From an uncultured bacterium (GTDB lineage Bacteria > Fidelibacterota > Marinisomatia > Marinisomatales > UBA1611), in contig CALSPG010000010.1 of the NCBI GenBank assembly GCA_943788175.1, positions 1-64,000 of the forward strand: DNA of 64,000 nucleotides. The letters are read 5' to 3'. The position numbers were made by a program, and so were the translations under genes. Of the stretch, positions 13,546-23,245 are shown piece after piece; the first letter of the stretch is position 1, and the number at the start of each line of letters is the position of its first letter. The notes beneath the pieces were generated by a model, which made no database searches, was not told the origin of the DNA, and saw only the letters and a program-made list of their open reading frames with translations.

Positions 13546-14018
13546 ATAGAAGCTTTTTTATTTATTTTTTCTTGAAAATAAATTGAATGGATAATAAAAA
13601 AGACCATTCCAATCGATACGGAAGTATCTGCAATGTTAAAAATGTACCATTCCCAATATGATCCTAATTTTATATGCAAAAAATCGACCACTTTACCAGC
13701 TAATAACCTATCTATCAAGTTTCCTAATGCACCAGCGATAATTAAAGATAGACCCAATTTTATTGTAATATGACTCATCCTCTCTAACCAGAAAAAATAA
13801 ACTAACACAAAGGTCATTAATATTGATAAAACAGATAGCGTAACTTGGCCGCCAGGAAGACTTAAGCCAAATGCCATACCATCATTTGTTACATATGTTA
13901 AATAAAAAAAGTTCTCAATTAATGGGATAGACTGGTATAAATCCATATAACTGTGTACTAACCACTTTGTAACCTGATCAGTAATGAAAATGCCAATTAT
14001 AAGCCCAATATAAAGCAA
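13542..14018 (-). CDS. lspA: Lipoprotein signal peptidase II
   Basis: DQVTK, NDGMAFG, GALGNLIDR, VVDF and FNIAD motifs. Confidence 0.95.
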   Translation of the reverse strand: MLYIGLIIGIFITDQVTKWLVHSYMDLYQSIPLIENFFYLTYVTNDGMAFGLSLPGGQVTLSVLSILMTFVLVYFFWLERMSHITIKLGLSLIIAGALGNLIDRLLAGKVVDFLHIKLGSYWEWYIFNIADTSVSIGMVFFIIHSIYFQEKINKKASI

Positions 14019-14019
14019 A

Positions 14020-14421
14020 TTAACTCTTTGGTAAGTTTAGCTTTTCACCTTCCTTACAAGAAACGCATTTTGTTGCGTTCGGAACTTCCATCATTCGTTC
14101 TTCGGGTATTTTTTCTCCACATACCGCACAAACACCAAAATCACCTGATTCTATCCTCTGAAGTGCAAGATTTAAAAAATTAATATAATCAGTTTCTCTA
14201 TTCATTAGATGAAAACCTTTTTCGCGCTCATATGAGTCCGTGCCGGCATCTGCCATGTGTACGCTATAAACAGAATCTTGAGCAAGACTAGCATTCCCTT
14301 TAGAATCAATATTTAGGTCATCCCTTATGCCATCCATAGTACCATTTAGCTCATCAATCCTTTTCTGTATCTCTTTCCTAAATCGTTCTAAATCTTTTTT
14401 ATTGTATCTATTTTTTGCCAT
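14020..14421 (-). CDS. TraR/DksA family C4 zinc-finger protein
   Basis: Coiled coil with HMADAGTD, CAVC...CVSC zinc finger; typical position between ileS and lspA. Confidence 0.9.
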   Translation of the reverse strand: MAKNRYNKKDLERFRKEIQKRIDELNGTMDGIRDDLNIDSKGNASLAQDSVYSVHMADAGTDSYEREKGFHLMNRETDYINFLNLALQRIESGDFGVCAVCGEKIPEERMMEVPNATKCVSCKEGEKLNLPKS

Positions 14422-14433
14422 CTTTTCAGTTCC

Positions 14434-17400
14434 TTATATATTAGCTATTTTAAGACTAATCTTGATTACCTTTTCTCTTAATTCAAATTCAGCATTGTAA
14501 TCATGGTCTGTAATAGAATTATCTATTAAAGTCGTCAATGTCTCATTACAAAAATAATCCTCAAATTTAACAAATGCTTCTTGAAATTCACTATCCAATT
14601 TCCAAGAAATAATTATGCGATCTTCTACAGAAAAACCAGCATCTTTTCTGATGTTTTGGACTTGTCTAACTAAGTCTCTAACAATTCCCTCTTGAATCAA
14701 TTCATCATTTAATTCGAGTGTTAAACCGACTGTTATACCTTTTCCACTTACTGCAGAAAAACCATCAGCTGCAAGCGTTTCAATAATAATATCTTCTTTT
14801 TCTAATGTATATACATCGTCATCTTTTTTTATAATTATGTAACCAGTTTTTTCATATTCCTTAAAACGCTCATCGTTATCCCCAGCGCTTAAAACAGCTC
14901 TAATATCTTTGAGTCCACTTTTATATTTTCTACCAAGAACAGGTAGGTTTGGTTTAATATTGTATTTAACCAAAGAACCAGCATTGGTAATTCTTTCAAT
15001 AGATTTAACATTCAACTCGTCTAGAATAATATCTTTATAATCATGAATAAAGTTAGAAGTCTCATTGTCCTCTATCGCATATAAGACCTTTAACAGAGGT
15101 TGTCTAATTTTTACCTTTGACTGATTTCTTGCAGATCTACCTAACTCGACTACACGTTTTAATGAATCAACTTTCTTGATAATATCATCATCAATTAAAT
15201 CTGTTTTAGGCTTTGGATAATCACAAAGATGAACACTCTCAGGAGCCTTAGAATCTAAATTTACCACTAAATTTTTATACATTTTTTCTGTGCAAAATGG
15301 TAATACTGGTGCTATACATTTAATACTATTTACTAGAACATGATACAATGTAGCATATGCAGTAAACTTGTCTTGGTCATCTTCAGATTTCCAGAACCTT
15401 CTTCTATTTCTTCTTATGTACCAATTTGATAAATCTTCCAAGAAAATATCGAAAGAATTAACTAGGCTAGCGACATCATAATTATCAAGATAATTTCGAC
15501 CATCTCTAATCAAGATATGCAATTTTGACAATACCCATTTATCAAGTATTGTTAAGTTTTCAAGTTTTATTTTTCCATGCTTTTTTAAATCAAATCCATC
15601 TACTGATGCGTAAGTAGAAAAAAATGAATAAACATTCCAAAAAGTTATTAGTTTTTTCCTAATATCATCTGCCGGCCCATAACCGAAAAATAGATTGCTT
15701 TCTAAGTTTTGTCCTGCATACATCCAACGCATAACATCAACACCCATTTTCTCAGCAGCATCATCAAACCATATTGCATTGCCCCAACTTTTATGCATCT
15801 CTCTACCATCCTCGTCTTTAACTAAAGCATGTCCAAGGAGTGTTTTGAAAGGAGCACTTCCTTCAAGCCAGCTAGACATAGCTAGCAATGAATAAAACCA
15901 ATTTCTGAACTGACCAGGAAAACATTCTGTAACAAAATCTGCAGGATACCATTTATCCCATTTATCCCTATCTGATATATAATCTAGAGTTGAGAAAGGA
16001 ACGATACCAGCGTCAAGCCAAGGATTACCAACATCTAGAATCCTTTTGCCTATTAGACCCGATTCTGGATGCTTAATTTGAATCTCATCAATCCAAGGCC
16101 TATGTGGACTATTACCGTCGAACGATTCAAAGCCTGAAACAGCGAGTTCTTTCAATTCTTTTTCAGAACCAACTACATAAAAAGAATCATCTTCAAAAAC
16201 CCAAATAGGCAAAGCTAAACCCCAAAACCTTTTTTTGGATATCATCCAATCGCCCATATTATCAAGCCATTCATGTTCTCGATCTTTGCCCCATCCCGGT
16301 ATCCAATCAACATCATCAACAACACTTTTAATTTTTTCACGCCAGTCCATGTTGATGTACCACTCCTCAACCAACCGAAAAACTAGTTCATCTCCCGACC
16401 TCCAACAATGCGGATATACGTGAGGATACTCTTCAACATATACAAGAAAATGTCTTTTTTTCAAATCTTCGATAATTAGATCAATTGTTTCTGGTTCTGT
16501 AGCTGATTTGTTTTTAAGCCAACCAAAATTATCCATAAACCTTGCTTCTTCATCGAGAGGTGCAATATTAATTAGATTTTTTTCTTTACCCACTTTATGA
16601 TCTATATCACCACAACCTGGCGCCATATGAACAATGCCAGTACCTTCTCCGGAAACAACAATATCATTCCCAATTTTATCTTTACCAGGGTCTATCACTT
16701 TATGCTGGCTGACAGAAGTAACACCCTCTTTTTCAAGGTGTTCATTAACAAAGGGATATCCTCCAGCCTTATTTTGAGCTTCTAAATCATCAAATGGCCC
16801 AATATATTCTAATCCAACTAATTCGGCACCGCTTACAGAACCAATAACCTCATATCCGCCGTGCTCTTTAAAAATTTGAGAAATTGTTTTGAGTTTTGGA
16901 ACACCCTCAACCCATTGTTTTTTATCAGAAAACTGTTTTTCTAGTCGCTGATGTTCGAGGTTATCTTTTGCAAAATAGTATATTGAACCGTCTGAGGATT
17001 TTAGTTTAACGTACTCAAGATTAACATTTACAGCTACTACAACATTTGATGTTAAGGTCCACGGCGTTGTAGTCCAAACGAGTAAATACTCTTGCTTTCT
17101 ATCTTTAATAGGAAACCGCACAAATACAGCTCTATGGGAAACAAGTTTTCTGCCTTCGATAACTTCCATTTGCGAATATGAAGTTCCTGACCTTCCACTC
17201 CAAGGAACAACATCAACGTCTCGATAGATTTTTTGTTCTTCAAAAAGTTTTTTTAAAAATCTCCAAATAGTATAATTATTTTCATTGGACATTGTAAAAT
17301 AAGAGTTTTCCCAATCCATCCAATATCCTAACCGAATTGACTGTTCCGTTTGAATTTTTGAATACTTCAATACTCTTTCTTTACATAGATTGACAAACTT

Positions 17401-17745
17401 TTCGATTCCAAAAGCTTCAACATCTTTTTTGGATTTAAAGCCCAATTCTTTTTCAACTTCTATTTCAACCCATAATCCTTGACAGTCAAAACCATTTTGA
17501 TATCTTAATTCAAAACCGGTCATTGCCTTATATCGATTATATATGTCTTTTAGGGTTCGTCCCCAGGCATGATGTACTCCCATTGGATTATTTGCTGTAA
17601 TAGGGCCATCAATAAAGCTCCAAGTTGGCTTGCCATCATTAAGTTGACGGCGTTTATTGAAAATTTTTTCGTTTTCCCAAAATTCGAGGACTTCATGCTC
17701 CTGAGCTATAAAGTCCACATTGGAAGAGATCTTTTTAATGGCCAT
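14434..17745 (-). CDS. ileS: Isoleucine--tRNA ligase, type 2
   Basis: DGPITAN, WTTTPWTL editing motif, GTGIVHMAPG, YPHCWR, IleRS2-type C-terminal domain; signatures read GVHH and EMHKS. Confidence 0.95.
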   Translation of the reverse strand: MAIKKISSNVDFIAQEHEVLEFWENEKIFNKRRQLNDGKPTWSFIDGPITANNPMGVHHAWGRTLKDIYNRYKAMTGFELRYQNGFDCQGLWVEIEVEKELGFKSKKDVEAFGIEKFVNLCKERVLKYSKIQTEQSIRLGYWMDWENSYFTMSNENNYTIWRFLKKLFEEQKIYRDVDVVPWSGRSGTSYSQMEVIEGRKLVSHRAVFVRFPIKDRKQEYLLVWTTTPWTLTSNVVVAVNVNLEYVKLKSSDGSIYYFAKDNLEHQRLEKQFSDKKQWVEGVPKLKTISQIFKEHGGYEVIGSVSGAELVGLEYIGPFDDLEAQNKAGGYPFVNEHLEKEGVTSVSQHKVIDPGKDKIGNDIVVSGEGTGIVHMAPGCGDIDHKVGKEKNLINIAPLDEEARFMDNFGWLKNKSATEPETIDLIIEDLKKRHFLVYVEEYPHVYPHCWRSGDELVFRLVEEWYINMDWREKIKSVVDDVDWIPGWGKDREHEWLDNMGDWMISKKRFWGLALPIWVFEDDSFYVVGSEKELKELAVSGFESFDGNSPHRPWIDEIQIKHPESGLIGKRILDVGNPWLDAGIVPFSTLDYISDRDKWDKWYPADFVTECFPGQFRNWFYSLLAMSSWLEGSAPFKTLLGHALVKDEDGREMHKSWGNAIWFDDAAEKMGVDVMRWMYAGQNLESNLFFGYGPADDIRKKLITFWNVYSFFSTYASVDGFDLKKHGKIKLENLTILDKWVLSKLHILIRDGRNYLDNYDVASLVNSFDIFLEDLSNWYIRRNRRRFWKSEDDQDKFTAYATLYHVLVNSIKCIAPVLPFCTEKMYKNLVVNLDSKAPESVHLCDYPKPKTDLIDDDIIKKVDSLKRVVELGRSARNQSKVKIRQPLLKVLYAIEDNETSNFIHDYKDIILDELNVKSIERITNAGSLVKYNIKPNLPVLGRKYKSGLKDIRAVLSAGDNDERFKEYEKTGYIIIKKDDDVYTLEKEDIIIETLAADGFSAVSGKGITVGLTLELNDELIQEGIVRDLVRQVQNIRKDAGFSVEDRIIISWKLDSEFQEAFVKFEDYFCNETLTTLIDNSITDHDYNAEFELREKVIKISLKIANI

Positions 17746-17874
17746 GCTTTATCCGATATTAGTCTAAATTATAGACTAATAAATTAGCAGTGAATAGTTT
17801 TGTTTTACTAGTTAAGAAAAAACAAAATTAATGATGGATATTCATGAATTCTATTATTAATAATTAAAATATAA

Positions 17875-19257
17875 TTAATAGTTAAGCGTAATAAAAAGAG
17901 ATGAACCATCATTCTTCTTTACTAATAACAATAAACTTCCTCTAGCTCTTGAAGCTTTTTCTTTTTTCTTAAATTCTTTTAGCGAACGAACTTGCTGCGT
18001 TCCCACGCGCTTGATTACATCGCCCTCAACAAGACCCTTATCAGCGGCCTCACTACCTGGTTCGACCGCTACTACTATAATTTTACCATCACCTTCTTTT
18101 AGATTGTATTTTTGTATTAAGGCACTATTTATTTCTTTCAATTCTAAACCAAGAATAGAAGTATTAGACGAAGTTTTCACAGCAACCTGCTTTCCATCCT
18201 TAAGCTCTTGCAATATCACTTTTAGAATTTTTTTATTACCGTTTCTAAAAATAACGATATCTGACTTCGAACCTGGAGGCATAAGAGAAACAATATTTCT
18301 AAGGTTTGATGGATCTGATATTTTTTTATTATCAAACTTAACTATTACATCACCCTCTTCAATCCCCGCTAACTCAGCAGGACTATCTTGAACAACCTGC
18401 GTTATAAGTGCACCGTCTCGCGATTCCATTTCTAACGCCTTAGCTGCATCCGCATCTAATGGCTGTATATATACACCCAACCAAGACCTAGTCACATAGC
18501 CTTTATCAATAAGATCAGACATTATTCTTTTTGACATATTAGAGGGAATTGCAAAACCAACACCTCTATTCCCTTTTTCATAACCGCCTGTAGCAATCGC
18601 TGTATTTATGCCTATCAACTCGCCCTTCATATTTAACAATGCTCCCCCGCTATTTCCCGGATTTATCGCGGCATCAGTTTGAATGAAGTCTTCATAACTT
18701 TGACCTCGAATGATATTTGATCTTCCCATAGCGCTCACGATACCAGTAGTAACAGTGTGGCTTAAATTTTCTGAGAAAGGACTACCAACAGCCATAACCC
18801 ATTCACCAACTCTTAGTTTATCAGAATTACCCAGTTTTAATTCTCTTAAATTATCCGCTTCAATCTTTAGAATCGCGAGGTCTGATTTAGGATCCGTACC
18901 CATAATTTTAGCTTTATATTCACGTTTATCGAAAAGTTTTACTTTAATATTATCCATATCCTCAACAACGTGATTATTAGTTAAAATATAACCTTTGCGA
19001 GCATCAACGATTACACCAGAACCGAGTGCATTGGTTTTATACTCTTTGTCACTGTTGGGATCCATATATGGATTAAAGAAAAAATATAAATCATTATTTG
19101 GCACCTTCATAATTTTATCTGTGATAATGGTGACAACGGCAGGTTTCGCAGTCTCGGCAACATCTGCAAAAGCATCACTGAACTGTTGCACAACAGAGTT
19201 TTGAGAAAAAAGATTTGCAATTATGGCGATAGTAAAAATAATAGTTCTAAGCATCAT
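17875..19257 (-). CDS. Do/DegP-family periplasmic serine protease with two PDZ domains
   Basis: Signal peptide, LGSGVI, TNNHV, SDLA, QTDAAINPGNSGGAL and two PDZ domains. Confidence 0.95.
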   Translation of the reverse strand: MMLRTIIFTIAIIANLFSQNSVVQQFSDAFADVAETAKPAVVTIITDKIMKVPNNDLYFFFNPYMDPNSDKEYKTNALGSGVIVDARKGYILTNNHVVEDMDNIKVKLFDKREYKAKIMGTDPKSDLAILKIEADNLRELKLGNSDKLRVGEWVMAVGSPFSENLSHTVTTGIVSAMGRSNIIRGQSYEDFIQTDAAINPGNSGGALLNMKGELIGINTAIATGGYEKGNRGVGFAIPSNMSKRIMSDLIDKGYVTRSWLGVYIQPLDADAAKALEMESRDGALITQVVQDSPAELAGIEEGDVIVKFDNKKISDPSNLRNIVSLMPPGSKSDIVIFRNGNKKILKVILQELKDGKQVAVKTSSNTSILGLELKEINSALIQKYNLKEGDGKIIVVAVEPGSEAADKGLVEGDVIKRVGTQQVRSLKEFKKKEKASRARGSLLLLVKKNDGSSLFITLNY

Positions 19258-19308
19258 ATTCCTTGTTTATTCATGTTACAATAATGCACTGAATACGCAT
19301 AATGTTCC

Positions 19309-19336
19309 AAAAAAAAAGCCCTCAACTTGAGGGCTT
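19309..19336 (-). terminator. Rho-independent terminator after the dockerin surface protein
   Basis: aagccctca-act-tgagggctt hairpin with a 9-nt U tract on the minus strand. Confidence 0.85.
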
Positions 19337-19359
19337 CTTCTTTGCTTTACAATAAATGT

Positions 19360-22300
19360 TTACTTTAAAAACAACATTTTCTTCATAGCGCTATGGTTAC
19401 CAGTATTAAGCGTATAAAAGTACATACCGGTTGATACTGAAACACCATTATCGTTTGTACCATCCCATTGAACTACATGATAACCAGAGGCAACTTGCTT
19501 GTTTGCCAGCGTTTTAACTTTTTGACCCATCAAATTAAAGATAGAAACATTAATTTGAGTTGCTTTTGGAATATCAAATTGTATTTCTGTGATTGGATTA
19601 AAAGGGTTAGGATAGTTTTGATGTAACGCAAATACACCAGGCACAAGCTTCACGTCTGCTGAAACAACATTTGAAGAGACACTTGCAATGTTTCCTTTTG
19701 GACCTGATACAACCACATTACTTATATCAACACTACTTCTATCTAAGACACTGCCTAAGAAGCTATATGACATCTGCAATAAATCTTGGTTTTTGTCTGA
19801 AAGGATGAAACCACCATTCACGTCGAATAAAACTACTTTTATTAAACCTTCTTTAATTTCTCTAAAAGTACTAACTACATTATCTTGCAATAAAATAAGA
19901 GAAGGCTCGCCGATCGAAACGATACTAGGATCATAACTCAAATCAAACTCAAGTCCCTTTAAAGCACCATCATATAAAATATTAAAAATTAAATCTGAAC
20001 TTGCATGATTAGATTTTATTTCTATTGAAGCAAATGAACCTAGGCTTGAAGATCTACCTGACTGAGTACCAGATATTATATCTACAACCATAACAACATC
20101 TGCAATATTTAATTCATCATCCATATTAATATCCGAATTATTAAATGCTGCATTACTAGGCGTGGTTTCTTCAAGTATGAAATCGACTAACGTCAAAACG
20201 TCTTCAATAGTCGTTTCGCTATCAAAATTAGCATCACCGACTGCAAATGGGACGGCACAGGCAGTATTTGAAGCCTTGGATTCAACTGTCCCATAGCCCC
20301 CATCTGATGGTTCACCAGTGTCATACTGAGCTTTAATATTGTAACAATAATTATTATAATTTTCCGAAACAACTATTGTATCCATGGTGTCTGTCGTGCT
20401 AGAAACAAGAGTCGTTGTTAAATCATCGGCCACTAAATACACATTATATAATTCAGGATCTTCATCCCGCATATTATTCATTACCAATGTCGGAATAGGC
20501 CTAGGAACATAAATCTGCGGAGACCCATTATTAACGTTTGAACCTGCCTGCATATTAAAATTATGGTTGGAAATACTCCTGTAGCTTAAATCTGTAAAAG
20601 GTTCATTTGAACTAGGTTCAGAAATAACTGCAAACGATGCTGCTTCTGCCGCACCAGGCGCACCAATAAACCCAGCCAGGATACCAAAGTCTCCAGCTAA
20701 ACCATAATATTCATTCGCCATTGTTGACCAACCGGCACCAGAATCAACCCAATTTCTATCGAAATATTCAGGAGAAATTGGTTCAAGATCATTTGCTAAT
20801 GAAATGAATCCTCCTCCATCATTTACTATAACGTAAACGTCACCACTGGCAATCTCAATATTAGCTTCAGACATATCAATAGGAAATTGAGTAAGAGCAT
20901 CCGAGTCAGTACTCAAATCAACACCCTCTAACGTATATACTGGTTCACCAACTGGGCCACCAGCTAGTCCTTGAGGATCTAAATAAACCGTTATAATTGC
21001 AGCAGCGGAGGTACCGCCACCATATTCTGTACCTTGAATGCTCACAACAATATTTTGAAGAGATGCTGGGTAATTTGCAGGTGTAAATCTTACACCAAAG
21101 CTACAACCACCGTAACCACAACCAATTTGCTGTTCTAATACCTCATCATAATATGCAATATCATATTCGGCTACTGAACCTGGTGTCCTCCAAGACAAAT
21201 AGATCTTTTCATCCCCTGGAATTGCGGACAACGCTACTGGCGAAGGCATATCTGGTGACAGTACAAAATCTTGAACGGTAGCTTCAGCTTGAGCAAGAAT
21301 ATTTACAGAGATTGATTCAGAGGAAAAGTTATTTCTTGAAACAGTAACAACGTGAGTGCCGACATCTAGGTTCATTAGCATGTATAGACCATCAGCGCCA
21401 GTAGTATCTGATACCCCACTTGCAGAAACAATAGCACTATCAAGCGGAGCACCATTTGGGTCTTTAATTGAACCACTAACGTCACCAAAAATAAAATCAG
21501 AAGCGTCTTGGACCGTAATCATTTCACTTTCATAATTATCGCCGCCAACTGGCCCATCATAGACTGCAGTGACACCAAATGTATAATCAGTTCCATTTAC
21601 AATGTTTGAAACAGTATAGCTAGTAAATTCTACAACATCTTCATTGTTCTTAACATCTCCAACGTAAATATTGTAACCAAGAAAATCATATTCATTTCTA
21701 TTCCTAGTCTCATTTAGCTCTAGGTCTTCAACAACCATTTGGTTCGTTACAACACTAATATCTAAAGTATAGTTACCCGAGCTAGTAGAGTAGCCATCTA
21801 TGACGACATAATACAAACCAGCTGGTAAAGTTCCCGAAAATGATGATACATAATTATCAAGTAAAGGAGAAGAACAGCCATCATCATTGCACGCTGTACC
21901 ATTATCTTCAGGTATATCTTCAGGTGATAGAAAACTTCCTTCTACAACGTTACCATCAGCATCTAAAACATAAAGCTTTGAATCGTAGCCTGTATTGCCA
22001 CACAGAGAAAAATCATAAGCAGCTCCAGAGCTAGTCATCATGTAAACAACATCTGGAGCAGTAGATCCAGTGAATGGGCAAACAGCATCATAGTCATTTT
22101 CAAAACCAACTGTAGTGCCTTCATCAGAAAAAGGCATAGATGATATAATAAATGGATTGTCCATATTATCACCGAGTGTACCTTGGCCGCCACCGCCCCC
22201 CCACCAGGCCCTTGCCAAATTAAAAGCATTTCTTCATCACCTGGAAACGACAATAAGTTTGTTGGCGGAACTGCTAACCAAGCTTCTGGAGTACTAGAAA

Positions 22301-23111
22301 CCGTAGCACTAGGAACAGATTCTGTCTCTGTACCATTTACATCATAAACAGCAACTACATAGTAAGTGTATTCAGTACCATTCGTTAAACCGGTATGTGC
22401 ATATTCAAGCTCTGTGGTATTCCCTAAAACAATACCAGATGTACTATTATAAACCCGATACGTAACAAAACTACCACAAGCAGCAGGTATTTCTCTATCA
22501 ACACTAAAAGAACCTGACTCAATTTTTTGTGGACTATTTGATTCTAATCCCTCAGTAAGAGCAGCATCAACTTGTTGACCTTTATCAAAAGGAAATGGTT
22601 CTGCGTATGTGTAAGACTGAACACCAAACCAACCTTCATCTGTATCAAAAGAGATTTCATATTCTTCAAACTGAGATTCTTCACTTCCTGTTTCACCAAC
22701 AAAACTGAAAATTTCGTTGCCATTTAACAACAAAGTAAATTCACCACCAGTGTAAAGCCCATCTCCATAAGAGTCATACATAGTAAACACGTAACTTCCA
22801 GATTCAATTTCAACATCCCAAGAATAAGAAGTGGAGGATGCCAGAACACCTGCTGAATCTGAACCTTCTTCTGCGACAACAGCATTAGAGGTTGCATTTA
22901 CAAGGTCCCAGGAAGTCTCGTATCCATATGTATCAGTTGTTAATTCAACAGTAAATGTTGAAAGAAATGGATCTGCCGGCTCATTCCAAGAAATAATATT
23001 TTGACTATCTCCGCCAAAAGCACTTACATCCTCGACAGGACAAAGTTCTTGAGCGACTACGCCGTTAAAAATAGAATAAGCTAAAATAAATAAAGTTGCT
23101 TTTAATTTCAC
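19360..23111 (-). CDS. ~1250 aa secreted surface protein: FnIII-like repeats, carboxypeptidase-regulatory-like domain, dockerin, cohesin-like domain and T9SS/FlgD-like C-terminal domain; one frameshift at ~22200
   Basis: ORFs 22038-23111 (signal peptide, FnIII) and 19360-22218 join at a G7 run in a Gly linker. Dockerin GDANFDSETTIEDV...SDINMDDELNIADVV; CTD LHQNYPNPFNP...IFNLMGQKVKTL...WDG...GMYFY. Confidence 0.85.
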
Positions 23112-23245
23112 TTTTTCCTCCGAAAATAAAATTTAAATATTCATAGGTAATGAAAATTTTGTATAAGTAATAACTAAACTAATTTAATATTCTCAATATT
23201 TTATTCAATTCTTTTATTCTTTTATATTAAAAATATAAACACATG

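Noticed and set aside
19285-19320. dif site (acgcataatgt resembles a XerC arm)
   Set aside because: No TTATGTTAAAT XerD arm follows; the sequence runs into a terminator tract.
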